From contig JBNGIO010006317.1 in the NCBI GenBank assembly GCA_049999805.1, forward strand, positions 1-36,310: DNA of 36,310 nucleotides. Direction: 5' to 3'. Each line of letters opens with the position of its first letter. Position 1 is the stretch's first letter. A program made the translations under genes and the position numbers. The notes beneath the pieces were generated by a model. The model made no database searches. It was not told the origin of the DNA and saw only the letters and a program-made list of their open reading frames with translations. This stretch comes from Folioceros fuciformis (Eukaryota). Of the stretch, positions 11,321 through 21,926 are shown one piece after another.

Positions 11321-12275
11321 TCGGCCCTCTCCTTTACTCTCGCCCGGAGTCGGAGAGTTACTGCTCCACTGTACGCTCCAACACACTCTGCAATCGTTAG
11401 CATATGAATCCGGCGCGGCCTCGGCCTATGCTACGTACATACGTAATTGGCGCTTTTAGCAAAGCTGGGTTACTGTTGAGGAGCCCAAGAATGCGTTAAC
11501 TGGAGCGTTCTTGACCTGAGGGAGAGCGGTACTAGAACAGCGTACTGTACATGGATAAATAATCCCTCGGGTGTCGAAAGCTCATGCTCATACAAACAAG
11601 GGAGAGGTCAAAGGTCGGACGCGAGCTCTCTCGGAGCAGGAGATTCTAGTTCGAAATCGGCCGAAGGGCATCTTAGATTCCCGGCTACGGACTCCTGTCG
11701 CTCATTGATCTGAAAATGGGATCGCTGTTCCTCTTTCCTGTCATTCAGTAGTTTCTCTGAAAGGTCCAGGAAGCTCAGAGATTCAGGCTCGGCCTCGTAT
11801 TGGCGGCCGAGCCACTCATTTTATTCTACTGAGATCCCTCCAAAAGTGTTGTGCGAGTGGGGGAGGGGGTAGCGGCCGCGGGAAAAATGCTGCAATCTGA
11901 TTCAGGTGGATGGAGCTGAGACTGTGAAGCTGAAGCGGTGTTTAGATTGTTTCTACGGTAGTGGAAAGCTCGCTGAGGATGCGCGTCCACCTGAAGGGAC
12001 CTGTTGGTTTCTTGAATTTGGGGACGCAATTTAGGACTGTTTTTTCGCCACCGAGGCTCTGACGATTTGTCTGCGGAGTTGGACGGGTAGGTTTGGCAAT
12101 GTCGGAGGAAAATAGCTGGTTTGTATGTATTCTACGCGTGGTATTGCTGTTGGTAAAGCTTTGCGTTAAACCTCAAGAGGAGTTTTGTGGACATGTTGCT
12201 TTTGTTTGGTGACTGATCACAGTGCTGCCTGCCCGACTCTTAAGGAGTGGAAAGGACCGAGTCGGGGCAGTAAGG

Positions 12276-13836
12276 ATGAATTCGAGCTTACTAGTTTCGC
12301 AGCTCCAAGATTTTGTTGGAGATGGTAGCGACACCGACCGGGCCTTGACGTGGCTGAACGCACTTTCAATATGCGGCGGCCTGGTCATGTGTAAACTCGT
12401 GCGTTTTCAAGTTCTAGCACCTTCGGTGACGTTGATTTCTGCTTGTGCTCAGTGTTTTTATTTATTTATTTTCCCATTCCGATTGCCTTGTTTACCTCCT
12501 GCACAGGTCTACGAGGTCATGAGAGTAGCAAGTCCACGCTACTCAAAACAGTATAGGAACCTGCCTGTTGACGAGCAAGTGGAATGGGATAACAGGTGGT
12601 TTCGTTAAGTGATGTGACCATGCTACTGACTGGTGTTGGATAGCTGATTCTTGATCAGGTGCTGTTGCTTCTCCATCAGTGGTACTAACTGCCTACATAC
12701 GATGTATGCAGAGGTTTTTCCACGTTTCATGCACTTCTAGTGACCGTTGTGGCCGGGTACCTTCTGTTTGTCAGTGACATTTTCTCTGACAGTGCCCCGT
12801 ATGGACCAGTTTGCTTTCGGAGTACAATGCTTTCCCAGTCTGTCCTTGGGGTACGCTTCGTATGTCCTGCAATGTCGCCGTTTATGCTAAGAACCTGTCT
12901 AAGCAAAGCGGACTTACGACCGTTTGGGGCCAGTTGTCGACAGGATACTTCCTTGCTGATCTCAGTATGATCATCTGGTTCTACCCTTCCTTGGGAGGAT
13001 GGGAGTATGTAAGCTCTTCCATCGCCTGTCATGATTTTCTCTGCCCTTACTTGTCATCTCTGACTCTGGTGCTGCTCTCCATCCAGCTTCTGCACCACTT
13101 TCTGTCGATAGGCTCGTTGGTGATGGCAATTTTTTTCACTTACGGTCACATTTACATCATCATCATCCTCTTCTCTGAGAGCACAACGCCGTTTGTGAAC
13201 CTCAGATGGTACGTGACTTCTCCATCTCTTCCCCTTGGTCAGCCTGCCATGTCGTGCCAGAGTCTCGAGGCTGTGTCTGTAAAAGGCTTTGCTTGCTTGG
13301 TTGCCCTTACCCCGCTTTCCTCGGTGTCCTTTCTAGGTATCTTGATGCTGCAGGAATGAAGTCTTCCACAGCTTACGTGGTGAATGGAGTACTAATGTTT
13401 TTGGGCTGGCTGGTGAGTTACTCATGTCAGTTGGATTCTCATAACTCGTCCACACGCTGGACTCTACCGACCACCACTTACCTACTTACACAGAATCTAA
13501 CATCCACGGATCACTTTGCTCTGCTCCGCTCCGCTCCGTGGGTGCAGGGTGCAAGGGTGATTCTTTTCGTCTACTTCTTCGTCCACATTTACCAGCACTT
13601 CGATCAGGTTCGACTTGTGTCCTAACCGGCGGAATCTCATTGTCTCACCGAACTCAAACTCATCATGCAGCGTTGTCTGCCGTTATGTGAAACAGGTGCG
13701 CCAGTTTCACCCGGTAGGATTCGCCTACCTCTTCACGGCTCCACCATCTCTCGGGATAATGAATATATACTGGTTCTACAAGATCACAGCAGGCATCATC
13801 AGGACTTTAAGCAAGAAGAAGAGTAGGAGTGCTTAG
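12276..13836 (+). CDS. TLC (TRAM/LAG1/CLN8) domain membrane protein, TMEM56/TLCD4-like, 8 exons
   Basis: Exons 12276-12398, 12507-12595, 12712-12850, 12934-13008, 13087-13208, 13337-13412, 13548-13607, 13696-13836 (GT-AG, in phase). Motifs: VEWDNRGFSTFHA, STGYFLADL, EYLLHHFLS, SESTTPFVNLRWYLD, NGVLMFLGWL, MNIYWFYKI. Confidence 0.92.
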
Positions 13837-15071
13837 CCGGCTGGCTCGGTGACTGCCCTCCCCCATTGTCCCCTCGTGTACGATACGGCTCATTTTTTCT
13901 TTTTCTACCCTTCCCTCCTGGACTGGGAGGTGGCGTGGCTGGAACGGAACGAGTCTCAACAGGCCGCAGTTTCACAGGCGCAGGAAGGACCCACAGCCGC
14001 AAGTGTCACGACTTTGTTCCTGATTCCAGTTGACGGGCAACCTCTCCACCTGTCGGGCCAGGCTGGTAGGCCAGGCATGTTCCTTTACACAAGGAACCGT
14101 TCCTCTTTGATATGGGCTTGACCGTTACCTGCGCGCATGGCCTGTCTGGGCAACAGCTCTTAGCTTCCTGGGTCCAATCAGTGGCTCGATTTAGGTGGCC
14201 TGTTCTCTCGGTTCTTCTTGGGGAGTCCAAATCTCTGCTCAGAGGCCAAATTTTGACTGATAACAATCCCGTCCCCAGTCCTCTTGGATCCAGCAGCTTC
14301 TATTCCTTGTACATACGATACGGTCAGTCTGAAACCTTTGTTAAAACTCCCGTTCCAACTGCTTATATGTGTATTTCGCCGGGGAAAGAAGGTTAGGGGG
14401 TTGGAAGTGACAAGACTGTAGAATAAAATTTGAAGGAGTTGGGCAGGTAGTTTTGGATGACCGGCTGCAGACTTTGTTGAAAGGGGAAGATGGAAAAACG
14501 AGGAGGACAGGCCACGACATTGTCCTAGTGGCAGGAGGATGTCTTATTCTATTCTGTGTGTACATGGTGGGGGTATCTTGGCCACCTAAACAATTTTGCG
14601 AGATTGCGATCCAAACGAGAGGCTGGTGTGAACGGGGACACCTACCCTGTCTCGTTGCGCCACCCGAAAGCCTTTAATAATTGGTGGACGACAAATTGTG
14701 GTCTGGCAAAGCTGGCTTTCTTACAAAGGCACCATTCGCAATGGCCTTGCAATAGTTAAAAGGCGGGGAAGGGGGCGTGGGGGAATCCGGCCTTCCGTTG
14801 GGGAGTATAGAAAAGTGAGATGTGTGCCGTTAGGATGTCGCCACGGCAGAAGATGGACGGACGCGGTAAGAAACGGAAGCCGAAGAAGAAGGAACGATGG
14901 TTTCTTTGACCGTGTGGAGACCGGGCCGACGAAGATACCCAAATACAGTACATACTCAGGGGACCTGACCGGCCCGGCGGAGTTTGAATCGGCCCACGCC
15001 GTTTTTGGTTTTTGCTTTTTGGTGTGTGCACAAGAAGCGCCAAGAAGAGAGAGGGGTTGACGAGGCTTGCA

Positions 15072-15170
15072 GGGCTGGGCTGGGCTGGGCTGGGCTCACG
15101 AAGAAAAGAGTCGGCCAAGGGAAAGCCAAGCCAAGGCAAAGCAAGCCAAGCCAAGCCAAGCCAAGCCAGC
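15072..15170 (+). repeat. (GGGCT)5 G-quadruplex-type repeat followed by (AAGCC)n microsatellite
   Basis: gggctgggctgggctgggctgggct at 15072-15096 and aagccaagcc...aagccaagccaagccaagccaagcc at ~15123-15167. Confidence 0.85.
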
Positions 15171-15948
15171 GGGCGAAAGTGGAGGTCGCGCGAAGTCGGC
15201 TTACGATCCACGCAGTCCTGCCCATTCCCGTTGCGCTGCTGGAGCTCTGGGTTCCGGCTTCTGTGACTCGCCAATGCGCTCGCACTTGGGTTGTGGAGCC
15301 GCCCCAGCAATTCTGGCGCCTCTCCTGCTGTTCATGGCTGCTCCGGGGACGGCAGTTAGGAGGTATGTGCTGCACGGAGCCCGGAAGGCAGCGGGGGTGA
15401 AGTGGTGGCAGGATTAGGACGGCTGCGGCTGCTGCCTGCCTGGCTCAGTGTGAGCTCTTAGGATGTTGGCATGAGGAGGCAGACGGAGGAAGGAAAGGAA
15501 AGGGAAGGGAAGGAGGAAGCAGGGTTAGTTAGGTGACCTGGTGTAGAGCCGGGGTGGTGCAATGCTGGTGGCAGCTTGGAGCAGCCCCGGGGTGAGTGCG
15601 AGGACGGGCCTTCTCTCCGCCTGGGGCGGGGGAGGGTTAGGAATGCCGCGGCGGGATCAGGAGGTGGTGAAATGATGCTCGCTCGGCTGGAGGAAGCTGC
15701 TCATGGTGCGGATTCGGGTGCAGCCGTGGTTCGGGTTCGGCCTGAATTTTAGGTTTCGGTCACTTGGTGCTGCTGCATGCGGTGCGAGTCGCGCTGGGAT
15801 GGAGGGACTGAATGCCGGTTCTAGAGACCTGAGGTTTGTGGTTTAGGTCTGGAAGGAGGGGAGTTTGGGAGGTCTGAGGCGGTCAGGAAATGGAGGCAGG
15901 GCGGTGGTCTAATGGGAGGAGGTCGCGGCCGTGACGGGAGTTAGTGGG

Positions 15949-18888
15949 ATGGATGGTGGAGAGAAGAAGGAGGAGGGGGTTAGTGACTCGATGTTCCCTA
16001 ATGTTCGGAAAACGTTTTGGAGGTCGGCGTCCTGGAATACAAATTCAGGAAGGAAGGCTGCAGGAGATCAGCGTCCCCGCAGTCCCACTGCTGCCGACAG
16101 CAATTCCTTTCCTTCGTCCGATGGCTTCGCAAACGAGAGCAACATGAAGGCGTTGAACCTTCCTCTCACCCCGCGAGGGCAGGGCAGCAAGGCCAGGCCT
16201 TCTCTGCCGGCGCTTCAGCCGTTGGCTATTGCTCGGAAGAGTGTGGACGACTGGTCAAGGGCTGCTGATGACGGCGGGGAGTGGACCCCTCCTGTGACTC
16301 CTAACAGGAAAAAGGACGGCAGCAGGTTGAGGAATGGGTTGGAGATCAAGCTGGATATCGGAGCTGTGCAACGGGCCAGGGATGCGTCTGAGCCCACGGA
16401 AACTCAGCTCAAGAGGGACAAATTCGCCTTCTTTGATAAGGAGTGTTCCAGGGTTGCTGAGCACATCTACCTTGGTAGCGATGCAGTGGCCAAGAACCGG
16501 GAGACATTGCGTGCCAATGATATCACGCATGTGCTTAACTGTGTTGGATTCGTCTGCCCAGAATATTTCCCCAAGGAGCTTAGTTATAAGACTCTCTGGC
16601 TGCAGGACAATCCGTGTGAGGACATTACCAGCATTTTGTACGATGTGTTTGACTATTTTGAGGAAGTCAGGGAACTGGGAGGGCGTGTGTTTGTACATTG
16701 CTGCCAGGGTGTGTCGAGGTCCACCTCGCTTGTTATCGCATATCTCATGTGGAGGGAGGGTCGCAGTTTTGAGGATGCGTTTCAAGACGTCAAGGCAGCT
16801 AGAGGGGTCACCAACCCGAATATGGGCTTTGCTTGCCAGCTTCTACAGTGCCAGAAAAGGGTCCATGCAGCGCCGGTGAGTCCCAACTCCATGCTCAGGA
16901 TGTACCGCATGGCTCCCCACTCCCCCCATGATCCCCTGCATCTNNNNNNNNNNNNNNNNNNNNNNNNNNNNNNNNNNNNNNNNNNNNNNNNNNNNNNNNN
17001 NNNNNNNNNNNNNNNNNNNNNNNNNNNNNNNNNNNNNNNNNNNTGGGGTTGCGGCACTTGATTCAAGAGGTGCTTTTGTCGTGCATGTTCCGAGTGCCTT
17101 GTTTGTTTGGCAAGGCAGGCTCTGTGGGACAGACATGGCAACTGCCGCTGAGACTTCAGCACATCAAGTCATGCATTACGAGAGAGCGCAGGGTCCCATT
17201 GTACGCATCTTTGAAGGTTCCGAGCCATTGGAGTTCTGGGAAGCACTGAACAAAGGTCCTCTCAAACAGGCTGGGGATGCCAGCAAAACGGCCAACAGTG
17301 AGAGTGACGACGTGGAGAAGGATGTAGCAGGATTTGAGCACAGCGAGTCGTTTAATTCCAAGCTGAGGACTGTTGCCTCCTACGACATAGATTTTGTTGT
17401 GTTTCAAAGAGCTAAAGAAGGTGAAGTACCTATTGCCCCTTATTCTGGACCAACTCCTCTCATACCAGCTAGAGACAGTGGCTGGAGTCGCCTTAGGCGA
17501 AAGTTCTTCAGCAGTAATGGTTTGCTAGGCAAAGACAAACCGCAGCACGAGGATAAATCACCCGTCCAAGCTAGAGCAGGTGGAGCTGCTGTAAGTCCAG
17601 ACGGGCAACAGCAGCTAAATGCAGTAGATGCGCTACCAGTGCCCTCTCCAGAGCCTTCCCTCTCTTCATCCCCTTCACCCTTTTCTGTTGATTCTTTGTC
17701 TTCATCTTCTTCTNNNNNNNNNNNNNNNNNNNNNNNNNNNNNNNNNNNNNNNNNNNNNNNNNNNNNNNNNNNNNNNNNNNNNNNNNNNNNNNNNNNNNNN
17801 NNNNNNNNNNNNNCTTCGTCACCTCCTGTGCTCTCCCCCTCAACCTCTTTCCAAGGCTCCCCTTCAAATTCTCAGTCTCATTCTTCGCCAAGCTCTTCCC
17901 TTGCTTGGTCCCCACCTCTGCCCCAGACTTCTTCACCTTCACCAACCTCCACTCATCAGCCTTCCACCAGTGAGACTTTCTCCCTGCAATGTGAGTCGAA
18001 GTCTTCCTCTTCCCTACCTGCTGGGTCTAAGGTTCTTTTGGCTCAACGCAGGGGTAGTTTGTCATTGAAATTACCTGTAAATTCCTTTGATCCTCCACCG
18101 GCTCCCCGGGGGCTTTCTCGGAAACCTCGACTTCCTCCTATTGTCTCTTCTGACACGTCCAAAGTAGTTGATCGTATAGGGAAGGAAAATGGTGGCTCTA
18201 GGCTTAGGGTCTTAGAGACTTTTGGATCAGCAGCTGGAGACAAGGATGAGCAGGTTCCCAGCAAGCACGGGGTGGGTATTGAGGAACCAGTTCTGGCCAG
18301 TAAGCAACAAGATGCATGGGTTGAGTGTTTGTCCAGGTCTGCCACTCCTCCTCCTCCTAGCCCTCATGACCTGGTTGGATCTGATGTATCCTCTAATGGA
18401 GAGGCTGCGGAGCATGCCTGGCAGACTTCTTCAGGTACTGGGAAGAAACAGCTGAGCAAAGTGAGCAGTACGCCCACTCTCTATGAGTGGCCAAGAATGG
18501 AGAAGATCGATATGTTTGATGCAGATGATCTGGACTCCAAGGCAGCATTTGTTCTGTTGGCACCCGGTTCCTTCCATCCTGAGACGTCACAGTCACATGG
18601 CTTGCTCTACGTTTGGGCTGGAAGGGAGTGGAAAACACCTAACGAAGGTAGCGATGTACAGTCGACTGACACGGCATTGCAGGAGATCGGAATTAACTTT
18701 ATTGAAGAGATGCATCTTCAAAGGGACCTTTCTGTCCAGGTAATAGCAGTACTCCGATCATGATATTTTTTTCTGTGCAAAGTTGTTTTTCTCTCTGTAG
18801 CACGGCTTTAAGTGTTGTTACTCAACTGCAGGTTGTTAAAGAAGGCCAAGAACCAGATGACTTCTGGGATTATTTTGTGAATGGGTAG
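15949..18888 (+). CDS. MKP1: MAP kinase phosphatase 1 (dual-specificity phosphatase with gelsolin-like domains), 2 exons, two assembly gaps
   Basis: Motifs: N-terminal FWRSASW, DKFAFFDKECSRVAEHIYLG, catalytic VHCCQGVSRS, TNPNMGFACQL, the gelsolin-like LDSRGAF..EGSEPLEFW, a Ser-rich region, LYEWP..FDADDLDSK and the last exon VVKEGQEPDDFWDYFVNG*. Exons 15949-18739 and 18832-18888. The frame change across the first N gap is an artefact. Confidence 0.94.
16944..17043. other. Assembly gap (100 N placeholder)
   Basis: Run of exactly 100 N inside the MKP1 coding sequence. Confidence 0.99.
17714..17813. other. Assembly gap (100 N placeholder)
   Basis: Run of exactly 100 N inside the TCT/Ser-rich tract of MKP1. 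Confidence 0.99.
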
Positions 18889-19669
18889 TGCAGATAAGAG
18901 CACAGGTTCCTCAAAGTGGAAACGGAAGGATATATATTATATGACTGTGCTCCCCCTAAGAGTCATTACCTCGTTCAGACAAGCTCTTGAATGGCCCTAG
19001 TGCTTGGCAGGGCGGAGCTCATCAAGGCCACCTTCCACTGGCGGAAGTTTTTCCTGTTAGCTCCTGGCAGATCCTGTGGCGTCCTTCCCACGCAGAGGCG
19101 ACCGTGACATCGTCGAGTTGACCACACTGCTTGTTACTGTGTGACTCTGCGGCGGTTCTACAATGGGGTCACACCTTTATTGGTACGCATGCTGGATTAG
19201 TCAGCAGAACATTTGTTTCATTTCTCATGGTGCCAGCAGCCCCTCGTGTGCAGTAAGACTGGCACCTGAAGAAAGCACACGGGCGATAGCCTCGTTCTGC
19301 ACTTGGTGGCTATTGCGCTAGTGTATTGTCTGATCATGCCAATCGGGCAAATGTACGATATGATTGGACTTGTGGGACGGTCTTCCATTTTGAGACAGAC
19401 ACAGCAAGTGCCCTTGATTTCATTTTAAGCTGCGTGTCGGTGATTCCTACAGTGCCGAGATTGTGTGGCAAGTCCTTGTCGAGTACGTGAAGGATCTGGA
19501 ACAAATCTTGGAAGCATCTTCTTTAGGCAATTTCGGCTCTAAAGAGGTACCTTGAGAAATCCTTCAATCAGTATCTGGAAGTTGGCTGTGCCTTCTCCAG
19601 ATATGCTGGGTTGTCATTAGTGGAGAGTTGAAAGCTTGAACGTACTGAAAGCCAAAAGACCGGTTGAAT

Positions 19670-21340
19670 CTCACCTAAAATTACCTTTTGTAGCTTATTA
19701 AATCGTATAAAACGCATCTTTCCTTGATAATAATACGAGATAGCAACTGGGATAACTCCATGCTTGTGGAGCCTTTACTTTCATCTATGAAATCTGGCAA
19801 TAGGGGTCTCAAACATGTTTCACCTAACCTCCTAAAAAATAAGAGGAATTTTTTTTGTCTCAGCCTCCTAAACAATAAAGAAGGCGAAGAACTGGATTTC
19901 CGTCATGGTTTAGTACTTAACAACTTGAACCATGATATATCTAGCTACTTGCTCTAAAGGGCATCTAATTGTCCACTTGAGCATAGAATGCTTAATCCCA
20001 AAGTTCTTGTAGATACACATCTCCATTTGACCTATGCCATTTGAACACAACTCCTAAACAAAACAATAAAGAGAGCTTGTCCATCTCAACTTCCTAATTG
20101 ATAAGGAGCATTACTTTTCCAATTTGAGATGAATTACTATAATACAATTTGAGACGAATTACTATAAACAAGAAAAATTATGAAGAGTGAGACCATGTTT
20201 GAGGGCTTCCAATCTTCTATTCGTAATGACTTCTTTTTGAAATAAGTTTCTCAAACTTAAACATAGTTAATTATTAACCTATCTATCTTCTTCTACATCT
20301 AGTGTCGGAGTATAAAAAACCACAATTTTGAATTAATAAACATGCATAACAGCCCTAACTCAATCGATAAACAAGATTTATGTAATCTTTCACGAAAATC
20401 CTAACTTAATTAGCTAACAAATTTTTGAGAAATGAGTTCTTTCCATTTCTTAGCTTGCGGGACAAGGGTGCACACCACATGGGTACGGGTCCCATTTGCA
20501 ATATCCCATAAAACCTCCAAACAAGTCTCATTTCCAACATGTGGAATGAAAATACCAAGCCTGGTGTGGCATTCAAATAAGATTCCTATTATATGTAAGG
20601 TTTAAGCCCCTATTGAACACTTTGGTGAGTCTAAATTATATTTTATTAAACCTCCTAAACGGTAGGAAAACTTTGCGGTGTAAGATAGCATGAGTTATTA
20701 TAAACTGAAACAAAATTTATGAAGAGTGGGACTATGTTTCAGGGCTCCATATTATAATGACCTGTATTTGGTAAAAAAGGTCTAGAGTTTAGAGTTTAAG
20801 TAGCCGGACTATGTTTAAATTCATTCTTCTTAATGACAAGTTTAAAATTAAGAAAATCATAAATTCAAATGGGTGAACTCGCGTGAAAACCCCCACTCAA
20901 TCAACAAAAAGGATTCTCAGTAAACTCAATATGTTGACCAAATTGGCGAATGAAATTTTTAGTAAATGCTTTTTTTAGTTCCTAGTTTGAAAATTGACCA
21001 AATTGTTGAATGGGATTTATAGTAAATGCCTTTTTTAGTTCCTAGTTCGCAAAAAAAAGGGTCAACAAAAGTGGGTCTTATTTCCAATATCCGAGATAAA
21101 AATACAAAAGCCTATTTTAGCAATCAAACAAGAATTGCCGTTGACTAGAGAGCGTCTTGGTTTGGTTCCCTCACCCTACAATGCCCCTTATTTTGTCAAG
21201 ATACAATATAGATAAAAGAAAAGATGGAAGCCCATCTACCCTAGCTCTAGCCCTAACTGGACCATACAAAGTTTCAAAAACTTGGCAGCTGTGAAAACTT
21301 TGGCTACAGTCAATTATTCGTTTGCCACAACCTTTTAATC
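19670..21340. mobile_element. AT-rich island with internal degenerate duplications; probable decayed transposon
   Basis: Abrupt shift to AT-rich sequence. Repeated blocks include aaaa(a/t)ttatgaagagtg(a/g)gac(c/t)atgttt at ~20173 and ~20712, and gtct(c/t)atttccaa..aaaatac..aagcct at ~20525 and ~21075. There is a 60-bp tandem at ~20934-21047 and a short tandem at ~20121-20168. No termini or intact ORF were recognised. Confidence 0.45.
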
Positions 21341-21926
21341 TTTTTATGGAGATATGTAGAAACTACCGATCCTTCCATCCGTTTCAACTATTTGCAAATG
21401 GCTTTACGCTTGAGAAACGGGTTTCACTCATTAGAAATAATAATATTCACAAAAAAATAATACAATATTGCTTGTCATGAGTTTTAGACTGATTCTCCAA
21501 GCCCACACCACATGCGTACGGTCTGCAACTTCGGTTGCAACTTGGCCATGTGAATGGAATCCAGACACGTCTGGATAAACTTGACAGCTATGGAAACTCC
21601 AGCACCGAAAAAAAAAAGTTTCATCGGTGACAATTGGTCCAGAGGTGCTCTTTAAAACACCTGTTTAATAACATTCACCTACTTTGCTGACCTTCAAGTG
21701 ATCCGGCCGTTTTTTCTCCAGCTGCTATTCGCTAGCGCACAGATTCGTAGATCTTCCCCCAAAACCAACAGCGAGTATCTTCGTCCGATCAGGACCACTG
21801 CAAACCGGGACAACAAGTCTATTTGAGTCCCACTGTAAATCCCAGTGGAATAAGTCTTCGTCCCTTGTGCGAGCGACGGTGCTGGGTACAGGAAAAAGAG
21901 TGGCCTGTAAGACTGGAGTCAATTCC

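Noticed and set aside
14698..15417. Overlapping 120-184 aa ORFs upstream of MKP1
   Set aside because: They are produced by GC-rich, stop-poor microsatellite sequence (LGLAW/AKPSQ repeats) and show no domain.
15931..18763. MKP1 as two genes or a frameshifted pseudogene
   Set aside because: The break coincides with a 100-N placeholder gap, and the domains are collinear with a single MKP1.
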